A stretch of DNA of 26,585 bases, taken from IMG/VR virus record IMGVR_UViG_3300032259_000753, positions 1 through 26,585 of that record. One strand, 5' to 3'. The notes under the pieces were generated by a model. The model worked only from the letters and a program-made list of their open reading frames with translations. It was not told where the DNA came from and did no database searches. Of the stretch, positions 16,639 to 25,256 are shown piece after piece. The first letter of the stretch is position 1, and every line of letters begins with the position of its first letter. This DNA comes from a virus (lineage: Duplodnaviria; Caudoviricetes). The position numbers and the translations under genes were made by a program.

Positions 16639-17784
16639 TTACTTCCCTTCAACGTCTTTTCGTTTCCTTATTCTAAAGGAGGGCGAGTTAAAAGAAAATG
16701 ACGACGACTCCGTTACTGCTTTCAAGTGCTCCGGGTTGTTCTTTAGGAATTTATCTACAGCGCCCTTACTAACAGAACTCATCCTCATGTAATCCTCTTG
16801 CCCTACGATTTTAAACACCGTCCTGGTATCGTAGTTAATTCTAGAGGTTTGAACTTTATAAATCTCCTTAGACTCCCCACTAATAACAGGAGCGTTGCGC
16901 ATACGCTGATAAGCGTCGTCCTTCAGCTCGCGCTGCCTCTTGTCAATAATCTTCTTTGCGGCAGATAGCGTAGCCCAGGACTGAACAAAGGTGTCAGTGT
17001 CCAGCTCTCCCGGGGGAGGAAGCAATAGATCAGGGTCTTCCACCACCTTACGATAGTCCTCACAAAAAACCTTAAAGTCGCACCAAGGACACAAAGTATT
17101 AAGGTTAGCATCTATGGTTTCCTTCGATGCCGCACAAATTTGAGCGTAGATGGTGTCAAGGAAGTCAATGAAAGACACCCGCTGCTCTGCAGTTCGATGG
17201 GTAACCACCTCAGAAAGACGTAGGTAGTCAAACGCACTGATAATAGTTTTGTACTGAGGGTACATCAGGCTGACAGCCAAGTCATACATTGACAGCTGAA
17301 TGTCGGTGTCCGCCTCCGGCTGAGACAGGGCCATTCTAGATGTCTTGTAGTCGACAATTAGGGCAGTCTCTGGGTCCAGCTCCACCAACTTATCGATGCT
17401 TCCTAGGAAAGGGGTGCCCTTAGGGGTTTTAAGCTCGAACCTAAGTTCCAGCCCTACGACCTTTTCTTCAGGGCTAACCCTGTCAAGGCGAGTCATGAGA
17501 AGGTCTCTTCCCTCTTGGTACGTGTCCAAGCTACTAAGCCCATGCGATGTAGCAGAGGTCATGAATACTTGGATTACTTCCTTGTACAGGTCTGGTGTAG
17601 GAGCCTGCTGCGAATCAGATACCTTCTGGTGCATGAACTCTAAAGCCTCGTGCATGGCTATACCAAAGGCTAGAGGGTCTGTCTTTCCTTGCCGAGGTTT
17701 TTTGTCCTCATAGCGGAAGTAATACTGCAAAGCACACTGCAGATAAGTCTTAATACTAGAAGCCGATAACGGTCGTTCTCTCAT
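16639..17784 (-). CDS. PD-(D/E)XK nuclease (RecB/Cas4/AddB-like exonuclease) with probable Fe-S cluster
   Basis: LSASSIKTYLQC, GIAMH, GSIDKL...IVDYKT...QLSMY, and CPWCDFKVFC completing four Cys. Confidence 0.9.
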   Translation of the reverse strand: MRERPLSASSIKTYLQCALQYYFRYEDKKPRQGKTDPLAFGIAMHEALEFMHQKVSDSQQAPTPDLYKEVIQVFMTSATSHGLSSLDTYQEGRDLLMTRLDRVSPEEKVVGLELRFELKTPKGTPFLGSIDKLVELDPETALIVDYKTSRMALSQPEADTDIQLSMYDLAVSLMYPQYKTIISAFDYLRLSEVVTHRTAEQRVSFIDFLDTIYAQICAASKETIDANLNTLCPWCDFKVFCEDYRKVVEDPDLLLPPPGELDTDTFVQSWATLSAAKKIIDKRQRELKDDAYQRMRNAPVISGESKEIYKVQTSRINYDTRTVFKIVGQEDYMRMSSVSKGAVDKFLKNNPEHLKAVTESSSFSFNSPSFRIRKRKDVEGK

Positions 17785-17786
17785 TT

Positions 17787-18275
17787 CTATTCCTTTTTAA
17801 GAGTCTTGTGCGCATAAAGAGCTAAAGCCAGCGCATCAGTAACATCATTCATTGCATTAAAGGACCAGTCTAGTTTGTAACGAGAGCAAATGTAACCAAA
17901 GGCTTCTTCCTTTTTGCGGCCACACTCAAGACCTGCTCTGACTTCTGCAGCCATCGCAAGCAGTGGATCCTTTCCTAGTAGTCTACGGGCCACCTCAATG
18001 GCTACCCCGTTAAACCTAGCTAGGACTTTCATAGTATTTACATTGCGGCCACTGAATACATCCTCGATAACTATATCGGTCGGCTTTACTTTTTCTACTA
18101 ACTCGTGTAAAGCGTCCCTTAACATCACCAAACGGCGGGCCACAGAGTCCTTCTTACTCTTAAACTTGATGTGACCGTACGAGGCTTTAGACTTATTCCA
18201 GCGGCCATTACGTAAAACAGCATACCCTGTACTTCTACTAGAGACATCTAAAGCTAAAATAACTAACCTACTCAT
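17787..18275 (-). CDS. ruvC: RuvC-like Holliday junction resolvase
   Basis: ILALDVSSRSTGYAV, IVIED, NDVTDALALA acidic tetrad. Start placed at ATG 18275, overlapping the dnaJ stop, rather than 18308. Confidence 0.88.
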   Translation of the reverse strand: MSRLVILALDVSSRSTGYAVLRNGRWNKSKASYGHIKFKSKKDSVARRLVMLRDALHELVEKVKPTDIVIEDVFSGRNVNTMKVLARFNGVAIEVARRLLGKDPLLAMAAEVRAGLECGRKKEEAFGYICSRYKLDWSFNAMNDVTDALALALYAHKTLKKE

Positions 18276-19026
18276 TATCCAGCCCCCTGATGAATTCCTT
18301 CTGCTCATCTGTTAGATTCGTAGGGTACTGCACATCAATAAAAAGCACTACGTCTCCTGGGGGGCCGCCCTTTACGCCGCGCTGACCCTGACCCCTCAAG
18401 GCCATTCGTTGCCCGTTTTTTATCCCCGCTGGAATAGTAACGGCTAGCTTACTCGTTCTAGGAACAGTCTTTCTGCCCGAGCAGGCGTCGCATGCCTTTA
18501 AAACGAATTGACCGACACCACCGCAATCACGACACGTTGAGCCGACAAACATGCCCCCGCGGTTCTGGCTTATCATACCGGACCCACTACAAGTACCGCA
18601 TGTATCGAAAGAAGCGCCTCCGGACCCGCCGCACGCCTCGCAAGGGTCAACAAATCTCATTTGAATTTCTCTCTTACCTCCTAGAATAGCTACGGACAGG
18701 CTTATTTTGAATCCAGTTTGAATGTCGGCGCCTCTCCGCGGGGCATCGCGCTGCTGTTGATGTACCTGGTTGAACCAAGCGCTCATGTCAGGAGGGGGAC
18801 CGGAGCCAGTGCTCCGGTCCCTTATCCCAAACCGATCATAACTCTGGCGTCTTTGGGGGTCAGATAAAACAGAGTAAGCTTCGTTAATTTCCTTAAGCTT
18901 ATCCTCTGACTCTTTGTCGCCGTCGTTACGGTCGGGGTGGTACTTAAGCGCAAGCTCTCGATACTTCTTCTTAAGATCAGAAGCTGCTATATCTTTAGAA
19001 ACGCCCAGTACCTTGTAGTAGTCCAT
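18268..19026 (-). CDS. dnaJ: DnaJ-class co-chaperone, compact (252 aa)
   Basis: DYYKVLGV...YHPDRN J-domain, four CxxCxGx(G) repeats, IPAG...GPPGDV C-terminal domain. Confidence 0.95.
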   Translation of the reverse strand: MDYYKVLGVSKDIAASDLKKKYRELALKYHPDRNDGDKESEDKLKEINEAYSVLSDPQRRQSYDRFGIRDRSTGSGPPPDMSAWFNQVHQQQRDAPRRGADIQTGFKISLSVAILGGKREIQMRFVDPCEACGGSGGASFDTCGTCSGSGMISQNRGGMFVGSTCRDCGGVGQFVLKACDACSGRKTVPRTSKLAVTIPAGIKNGQRMALRGQGQRGVKGGPPGDVVLFIDVQYPTNLTDEQKEFIRGLDNE

Positions 19027-19027
19027 C

Positions 19028-19201
19028 TTACCTTGCCTGCCTCATAATCTTCCAAGACACGCCGCAAGTGAGACAAGCGTATTCACAGGAACGGTCTTCC
19101 TCTATCTCGTAAGACTCACAAACAGGACAAGTTACCTCGTGGCTTACAAGAACATTTACCTTTACAGGCTTATCAAGCGACCTAAAAGACGATTTCAACA
19201 T
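19028..19201 (-). CDS. Small zinc-ribbon protein, 57 aa (not in ORF track)
   Basis: Hand translation MLKSSFRSLDKPVKVNVLVSHEVTCPVCESYEIEEDRSCEYACLTCGVSWKIMRQAR*. CxxC...CxxC, GAGGAG upstream, fills the gap exactly. Confidence 0.8.
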   Translation of the reverse strand: MLKSSFRSLDKPVKVNVLVSHEVTCPVCESYEIEEDRSCEYACLTCGVSWKIMRQAR

Positions 19202-19203
19202 TG

Positions 19204-19521
19204 TTACTCCTCAGAAAATTGAAGGACGCGGCCCATAACGCTTATCTGATTACCATCCTCCTCTATTTCTAAACCAAGAATGGTAAATCTCTGGTTATCC
19301 GCCATCTTAGGATACGCGTGATGGGCAAATATTACTTCCATCAACGTCCCGAACAAAATAACACCCTCTTGAGGAGAGATGTCATACACACCTGAGCGGC
19401 CCGAAGCCTCCGGGTACTCACCTCGAAGGGGCACTGATAGTGACTCCATCGAGGTGACGTACTCGTACTTATAGGAACGCGCAGGTAGAAACACCGGAGG
19501 TGGCGTGCCTACCGCAAGCAT
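19204..19521 (-). CDS. Hypothetical protein, ~105 aa
   Basis: Open frame. ATG at 19521 sits one base after the ssb stop with GAGGAG upstream. No recognised motif. Confidence 0.72.
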   Translation of the reverse strand: MLAVGTPPPVFLPARSYKYEYVTSMESLSVPLRGEYPEASGRSGVYDISPQEGVILFGTLMEVIFAHHAYPKMADNQRFTILGLEIEEDGNQISVMGRVLQFSEE

Positions 19522-19522
19522 A

Positions 19523-19864
19523 TTACGCGCTCTCCTCAAGGAAGTTGCTCACAAGAACATCTGTCCAGTACTTCTTCTCCTGGGCACCACACGATTTACA
19601 GTTACCATCGTACGACCTCTCGTTAAAAACTCCCTGGACACGAACAGACGTTCCGTCCTTCAAAGCCCCAAGGTCCTGCGCGGTATCTCCCCACGCCGAA
19701 ATCTTAACATAACGAGTTCCTTCCTTAGTCTCTCCTGTAGCCTTTTCGACATAGGAAAAAGGAATTGCTACCTTTCCCTGGAAGCGGTAATTGCCGTTCC
19801 TTGTCTCAGAAAGCTCCGGGTACTTAAGAAACCCAGCCAACTCCACAAAATTATTTCCTTGCAT
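19523..19864 (-). CDS. ssb: Single-stranded DNA-binding protein (OB-fold), tail-less
   Basis: NFVELAGFL..PEL..T.NG, ISAWGDTAQ, LKDGTSVRVQG...ERSY...KKYWTDV match the bacterial SSB pattern. Confidence 0.9.
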   Translation of the reverse strand: MQGNNFVELAGFLKYPELSETRNGNYRFQGKVAIPFSYVEKATGETKEGTRYVKISAWGDTAQDLGALKDGTSVRVQGVFNERSYDGNCKSCGAQEKKYWTDVLVSNFLEESA

Positions 19865-19878
19865 ATCTTTCTCCGTAT

Positions 19879-20919
19879 CTAAAGTGATTGTACATACAAA
19901 CTTAACAAATCGTTTAGGTCTTCCCTGCTAAAATCATCTGGTGACTTTCCCTCGGGAAGAGTTAGAACCATCGTATTAAACGCAGCTTCTAACTTAACTC
20001 TGGCTGACTCAGCTCCGGCAATCCCTGCGCGGTCCCCATCAAACATGAGGAGGCACCGTGTGAATCCCGCGATGCACAAGGCCAGCAGCTGTTCTTGTGT
20101 TATGTTGGCTCCCATACAAGCTACAACGTTCTGGTAACCTGCCTCATATACGGCCCAGAGAGCCTTGAACCCTTCAACAACAATAACGGTACCCTCAGTA
20201 GTGCTCGCCTCCCTGGAGGCACGGTGGAGGTTATAGAGGATACGCCCTTTCTGAAAATCGAACTCTAGTAAATAACGCGGTTCTGCGTCGGAGTCCGTAC
20301 GGCGGGCGCTAAGTCCTACAAGACACCCCTCAGCATCTCTAATAGGAACGGTTGCTCTGGGAACTCCATGACGGTCCACCATAGAACCAATCTCAAAGAT
20401 GTTGAGGGTGTTCTGACTGAATCCCCTCGCTAAGAAGTAGTCATCCCTGGACTGAACGTAACGTCCGATGTCTTCTTCCGATAACTCTGGGAGAGCTACG
20501 GCCCTCTTATTTACACGAGACACCGATTTAATATACTGAGAAACATCTCGCCGTCTTCTGTGCTCCTCGGTGTCCTGAACAAATAAAGTCGATTCGTCCA
20601 GGGACAGTCCCGAAAAGTCTGCCAGAAAACGAACAGCATCCATAAAATTCCTACCGGTGACTTTGCGGACAAGGGCAATAAAGTCGTTGTCAGACCGACC
20701 GGCGTCGCTTAGCTCACATCTCTGGGTAAAGCATTTCCACTTCTTTGTTTCTAGATGAACACTAAAAGCAGTTGGGTTATCTCCCCCATGAATGATGCAG
20801 GGCGCGCGAACCTCACTCGCTGTAGCGCGGCTCACCTTGAAGCCCAGTACCCGGAGGAGAGACTCTGTGTCCACTGCCTCCTTAATAAGCTGCTTTGCGT
20901 CTTCACTTAGCTTAGCCAT
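19879..20919 (-). CDS. dnaG: DnaG-type primase (CHC2 zinc finger + TOPRIM)
   Basis: CIIHGGDNP...WKCFTQRC, VPIRDAEG..VGLSAR, PRY, VVEGF, MFDGDRAG, GKSPDD. Confidence 0.93.
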   Translation of the reverse strand: MAKLSEDAKQLIKEAVDTESLLRVLGFKVSRATASEVRAPCIIHGGDNPTAFSVHLETKKWKCFTQRCELSDAGRSDNDFIALVRKVTGRNFMDAVRFLADFSGLSLDESTLFVQDTEEHRRRRDVSQYIKSVSRVNKRAVALPELSEEDIGRYVQSRDDYFLARGFSQNTLNIFEIGSMVDRHGVPRATVPIRDAEGCLVGLSARRTDSDAEPRYLLEFDFQKGRILYNLHRASREASTTEGTVIVVEGFKALWAVYEAGYQNVVACMGANITQEQLLALCIAGFTRCLLMFDGDRAGIAGAESARVKLEAAFNTMVLTLPEGKSPDDFSREDLNDLLSLYVQSL

Positions 20920-21350
20920 TAGAAATCCAGAATAGAGAACCCAACTCCAAGCGCTGGAGAGTTTTCACGCACATTGTATCCTACCCAAATAGAAGGGCCC
21001 GCCTTAATGATTGGAATAAATTCCCAAGTTATTGAGGTGTAAGCACGGCTAGTAGCCACCCCGGCGTCCCACGCCAAATCTCCTACGTAGGGAAGAGAAA
21101 ACTGTTTTAATTCTATTCCTATGTGGGGCAACAGGTCTCTGTTATAAACGTCTATCAGAAAACCTGCTTTAATTGGAGGAAAGGAGTACGTTCGTTTTGC
21201 CTTGCCACCATCAGGGATTATCTCTCCCTTATCATCGAATCCATTGAAGCACGCGCGAGGGTCATCCTTACACTTATCTTCAGCTAATGCCGAGCTACCC
21301 GCTAAAAAGAATACGCAGCATAAGGTTAACAGTACCACTAATTTTCGCAT
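20919..21350 (-). CDS. Secreted protein, possible small outer-membrane beta-barrel
   Basis: Signal peptide MRKLVVLLTLCCVFFLAGSSALA|ED, amphipathic beta-like segments, C-terminal Phe. Confidence 0.65.
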   Translation of the reverse strand: MRKLVVLLTLCCVFFLAGSSALAEDKCKDDPRACFNGFDDKGEIIPDGGKAKRTYSFPPIKAGFLIDVYNRDLLPHIGIELKQFSLPYVGDLAWDAGVATSRAYTSITWEFIPIIKAGPSIWVGYNVRENSPALGVGFSILDF

Positions 21351-22008
21351 TAAGCTCCGCCTCCGTCAAATCACCTAAATCTCTTAACCGCCTGTAAGCT
21401 TTAGTAAGCTTGTAGGTTCGGTAAATAGTAGACACTACTTTTTTAAGTGTCTTCTTGTCTGTTCCCTCGTCTCGGAGAAGCAGCAGCGCTTTATTTATTC
21501 CGAAGATAAGGTGTTTAAAGTACTCTTGCCCCAGGTCATCAGAGCGGTCTACATACTCTCCTGCTATGTCAATTGCTACCAGGGTAGCCTTTATTACCTC
21601 AAGGTTCTCCGAGTGGAGGGAAATCGTTTTAAATGTCTCCCAAATCTCCTGAGAATTTATGAACACTACGAAGGCCGCCTTAGTCGACTGTACATCCTCT
21701 TTAGTCCAGTTGTCGTTGGGGTAGAAATTACGGTGTACGTCGGCAACTACTTCCGCTGCTTGTTCCTTCAAGTCTCTGAGGTCAGTTCCCTCTTCCCACG
21801 AGAGCAGGTACAGAATGCTCATCTTTTTAATTACCTTAGCGTGGGTGTACCTCTTCTTATAGCCCCAGTGTTCCAATGAGATTATTACTATCTCGAACAC
21901 CCAAGGGATGAGGCCGATGTAAGGCTTTAGTTTGGGGTACCTCCTTCCCAAAACAAATGACAGGCCAAGGACAGCGGACACAAGTAATACTAATAGAGAA
22001 GTAGACAT
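21295..22008 (-). CDS. Hypothetical membrane-anchored protein, 237 aa
   Basis: Two N-terminal hydrophobic segments (about residues 4-21 and 31-45) followed by a helical-looking soluble region. Confidence 0.7.
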   Translation of the reverse strand: MSTSLLVLLVSAVLGLSFVLGRRYPKLKPYIGLIPWVFEIVIISLEHWGYKKRYTHAKVIKKMSILYLLSWEEGTDLRDLKEQAAEVVADVHRNFYPNDNWTKEDVQSTKAAFVVFINSQEIWETFKTISLHSENLEVIKATLVAIDIAGEYVDRSDDLGQEYFKHLIFGINKALLLLRDEGTDKKTLKKVVSTIYRTYKLTKAYRRLRDLGDLTEAELNAKISGTVNLMLRILFSG

Positions 22009-22009
22009 G

Positions 22010-23407
22010 TTAAACTCCCCCTCCCTGCATAGCAGAAACTAAGTAAGACTGGTGCTCTGCTTGACGCATAGTTAGAGTAGGCATATCGCAGTAGAGGTCT
22101 ATACCGTGGTAGTTTGGTGTCCCGGCACGAGCTAGAAGAACCTGAAGCCGGTGAGTACCACAAGAGATACCATCCTCCTCGATCTCCTTCTTAGACTTCT
22201 GCCCAATAGCTAACAGGTTGTTACAGTAACGTCCGATGCGGTCGGAGTCTGCGACGTCGTGGTCCCGGAAGCGTGTGCGAGGGGACGTAGCGTCCCCTCG
22301 TTTTATCTGCGCTGCAGCAACGACAGGAATATTAAGCTGTCCTGCTAAGTCTTTTAGACCTGTAGCAATATTACCTAGAAGCTGGTGCTCCTTCATATTA
22401 CCAGAGCCGGAGGATTCAGGCATCTTGATGTAGTCAAAAAACACCGCGCCTATTCCTTCCCTGGCGTGAAACTTGCGGGCCATACTCTTTACTGCATCCA
22501 TCGTAAAGCCTGGCATGTACTTATGAAAAAGCTCGCCGCCCTCAACAACGGCGCAGGCTCGCCACACATTCTCGGTGTACATGTCGTTTGTAATGAACCT
22601 ACCATTAGTAACAAGGCGCTCTGGTACCCCAGATAGGTGAGCGACCGTACGCATCTGCACTTCCTGCTTGCTCAGCTCTGTATCGATGTATAGAACGGGA
22701 ACGCCCAAAGAGAAGGAGGCGTGAGCCGCCATGTTCATAAGTAGGGTGCTCTTACCGGCTTTAGCGCGAGCGGCTATCACTGTGAGGGACCCGGGAGTAA
22801 GTCCGTTGATTGCTTTATCTAGTAAATCTACACCGGTAGACAGACCTAGAACCGAGACCGGGGCGCGTGCTCTCTCTTCCAAGAATGTGCGGAGGTCTGT
22901 TCCAATATTCTCAGCATCTTCTACCTGAAGAGCCTCCATAGAAACAGTTAAAAGCCTAGCCTCAGAACGAGCAACCAAATCTTCCGCAGCAATCGTATCG
23001 TCAGAAGCTCCCAAGTTAGCTAGAATATCTTCTTTAATATAATCCGCCTCTTGGAACAAGCGGTACTTCGTACTGCAGTCAAGTACCCTGGAGAGGTAGA
23101 TGGGAAGATTATGTCTGTTAACGGGGGTTACCAGAAGGGCGTCAATATAATCGACACCTCCTATTCGCTCAAGTACTCCGCGCGCATCGGCTTCGTTAGC
23201 CAAACCCATAAGGTCGAATGTCTTTATTCCCTCCTCGTACAGGGACTTCATTACCGAATAGAGGGCGCGGTGGTGCTCAGTTAAAAAGTCCAAGTCCTGT
23301 AGTTTGGACGCGACATCAATTAACGTATCCGGTTCTCTTAGCGCGAGAGACAGTATCATTCTCTCGCTGCCTTTATCGGCGAAGATATCTTTAGAAGTAG
23401 CACTCAT
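22010..23407 (-). CDS. dnaB: Replicative DNA helicase DnaB
   Basis: N-terminal SERMILS...DFLTEHHRALY...IGGVDYI, GLSTG..LLD..INGL, Walker A AARAKAGKST, IDTE, FFDYIK, AAQIKR, ADSDRI. Confidence 0.95.
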   Translation of the reverse strand: MSATSKDIFADKGSERMILSLALREPDTLIDVASKLQDLDFLTEHHRALYSVMKSLYEEGIKTFDLMGLANEADARGVLERIGGVDYIDALLVTPVNRHNLPIYLSRVLDCSTKYRLFQEADYIKEDILANLGASDDTIAAEDLVARSEARLLTVSMEALQVEDAENIGTDLRTFLEERARAPVSVLGLSTGVDLLDKAINGLTPGSLTVIAARAKAGKSTLLMNMAAHASFSLGVPVLYIDTELSKQEVQMRTVAHLSGVPERLVTNGRFITNDMYTENVWRACAVVEGGELFHKYMPGFTMDAVKSMARKFHAREGIGAVFFDYIKMPESSGSGNMKEHQLLGNIATGLKDLAGQLNIPVVAAAQIKRGDATSPRTRFRDHDVADSDRIGRYCNNLLAIGQKSKKEIEEDGISCGTHRLQVLLARAGTPNYHGIDLYCDMPTLTMRQAEHQSYLVSAMQGGGV

Positions 23408-23868
23408 TAGTCAGAGTATCGTCCAGACATTTCTTTCTTAAGCGCATTGAGGAGACCCTCCACCGCTCGTACCATACCATCTATAATTAACTTCTTTGCG
23501 TCAAGCGTCTGCGCCTCCGTATAAAGCTTTTCTACTTCGGGAACATTAATAAGCACCCAGGCGTCACGCTCCTTAGCCGTCTTCCCAACAATGCCCTCCT
23601 TACTAAGCTTACATTTGTTCAGTTCGTACTCAAATGTCTTCTGAGCCAACTTATGTTCAATAATAGCCATATTCTCGTTGTACTGAAGGGTAACAAGGTA
23701 CTGCCCCAGAGCAAACACATAACAAGATACCTGTTCTTGTCCCAAGGACGACAGCTCTGTAGCATCTAGCTGCAATATTTCCCTGATCGTATCTCTATTT
23801 GGTGATGTATAATGCAATTGCATGTCTTCTGCAAATCCGTTAACTATATCAAGAATCGCTTGCGTCAT
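23407..23868 (-). CDS. Hypothetical helical protein, possibly a UvsY-like recombination mediator
   Basis: 153 aa with coiled-coil character (KTAKERDAWV...VEKLY...LNALKK), located between recA and dnaB. Function inferred only. Confidence 0.5.
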   Translation of the reverse strand: MTQAILDIVNGFAEDMQLHYTSPNRDTIREILQLDATELSSLGQEQVSCYVFALGQYLVTLQYNENMAIIEHKLAQKTFEYELNKCKLSKEGIVGKTAKERDAWVLINVPEVEKLYTEAQTLDAKKLIIDGMVRAVEGLLNALKKEMSGRYSD

Positions 23869-24196
23869 CTATCATCTCCAGCAGCTTGTCGCCTGTAATA
23901 GGAAGCTGGTGCTCTCTGAGAGCGAGCCAGGTGTACCCATTTAAATCTGCCCACTCCTCCTTCAGTCTGTCTCTTTTGCGGGAAAGCCGGAAGCCCGCCT
24001 CATCCCCATGAAAGTGAGCAACAAACTCGTCGTGCTGCCTCCCATGAACTTCAATTATTAAACCCAACTGAGGAAGAAATATATCAAGAAATAACTTTTG
24101 GTTGTTGTAGTTAACAAAGTGCTCAAGTTTAATAAGCATCTCTGGAAAAACAGAACGAACCGTATCCACCACCTGAGAGCAGAGGTTACTTCCCAT
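23849..24196 (-). CDS. Small Vsr/DUF559-like PD-(D/E)XK endonuclease
   Basis: LFLDIFLPQLGLIIEVHGRQH...RDRLKEEWADLNG pattern. Confidence 0.78.
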   Translation of the reverse strand: MGSNLCSQVVDTVRSVFPEMLIKLEHFVNYNNQKLFLDIFLPQLGLIIEVHGRQHDEFVAHFHGDEAGFRLSRKRDRLKEEWADLNGYTWLALREHQLPITGDKLLEMIDDASDS

Positions 24197-25256
24197 CCGG
24201 AGAAAACCCTAACATACCTACCACATCGCTCCGAAGAGCCTTAAGTGTATCGGGATTCTCTGCCAGGAACTGAACAGCTTTAGCTCGGCCCTGGCCTATT
24301 TGGTCTCCGTTGTAGGAGTACCATGCCCCTGCCCTGTCTACAAACCCCATGTCGACTCCAAGGTCAACTAGCTCACCGGTTACATCAAACCCCACACCAT
24401 ACTTAAGGTCCACTTCGGCCTTCCTGAACGGAGAAGCTAGCTTGTTCTTGGTGATTTCAAATGAAACCTTGTGCCCAACAACCTCCCCCTTGCCATCAAG
24501 AATGTTTGATGCTTTAGTCCCCCCACCTGAAACTCTAATCTTACCTGTTATGTGGTGGCGAAGAGCGTTTCCTCCTGACGTCATCTCTTTCTTACCGTAG
24601 CCGGAAAGGTTAGCTCTAATCTGGTTAATTAAAACAAGAGCAGTATCTGTCCTTGCGCAGCGAGGTGTTAAATCTCGTGACATTCGAGACATCAGTCGAG
24701 GATGAAGGCCCATCGTCTGGTCTCCAAAACTCTCTAGATTGGCTTCGGCCGCGGGCTGAAGCGCACTAACCGAGTCAATAACGCACAGGTCGAACTCTCC
24801 TGTAGCAATCAAGGTCTTCGCTAAGTCCAGGTTGTCCTCTCCTGTGTAACCACGAACATCTACAATCAAGCTCATGTCTAAGCCCATCTTTACCATAAGC
24901 TTCTCATCCATCGCGTGCTCGGCGTCTACAAACAGCGTCTTTCCGCCGGTCTTCTGTAGTTCCTTCATGATGGCAAACGCTAGCGTGGTCTTTCCGCCCG
25001 AAGGTGGGCCGTAAAGCTCGTAGATTCTTCCCTTAACGAGGCCTCCTACACCTAAAGCACTGTCCAGACCGATAGACCCTGTAGAAATAATGCCGCGCTC
25101 TTTCTCAGGGCGCTTGCCTAACCACTCTACAACCTCAGGACCAAACTTCTTCTTTAAGGCCTTAATAGCCACATCAATGGCCTTACTTCCTTTACCAGGG
25201 TCTTTTTCTACAACAGGAGTTGGCTTTGGCTCAGCTATCTTCTTTTTCTTTGGCAT
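24186..25256 (-). CDS. recA: RecA recombinase, divergent
   Basis: ISTGSIGLDSALGVGG..KGRIYELYGPPSGGKTT, FVDAEHA, IDSVSAL, INQIR, KNKLASPF, AGAWYSY...GQGR. Confidence 0.97.
   Translation of the reverse strand: MPKKKKIAEPKPTPVVEKDPGKGSKAIDVAIKALKKKFGPEVVEWLGKRPEKERGIISTGSIGLDSALGVGGLVKGRIYELYGPPSGGKTTLAFAIMKELQKTGGKTLFVDAEHAMDEKLMVKMGLDMSLIVDVRGYTGEDNLDLAKTLIATGEFDLCVIDSVSALQPAAEANLESFGDQTMGLHPRLMSRMSRDLTPRCARTDTALVLINQIRANLSGYGKKEMTSGGNALRHHITGKIRVSGGGTKASNILDGKGEVVGHKVSFEITKNKLASPFRKAEVDLKYGVGFDVTGELVDLGVDMGFVDRAGAWYSYNGDQIGQGRAKAVQFLAENPDTLKALRSDVVGMLGFSPDGK

Noticed and set aside
16639-17784. Cas4 / CRISPR locus
   Set aside because: No cas1/cas2 or repeat-spacer array was seen. Solo Fe-S PD-(D/E)XK nucleases are common in phage replication modules.
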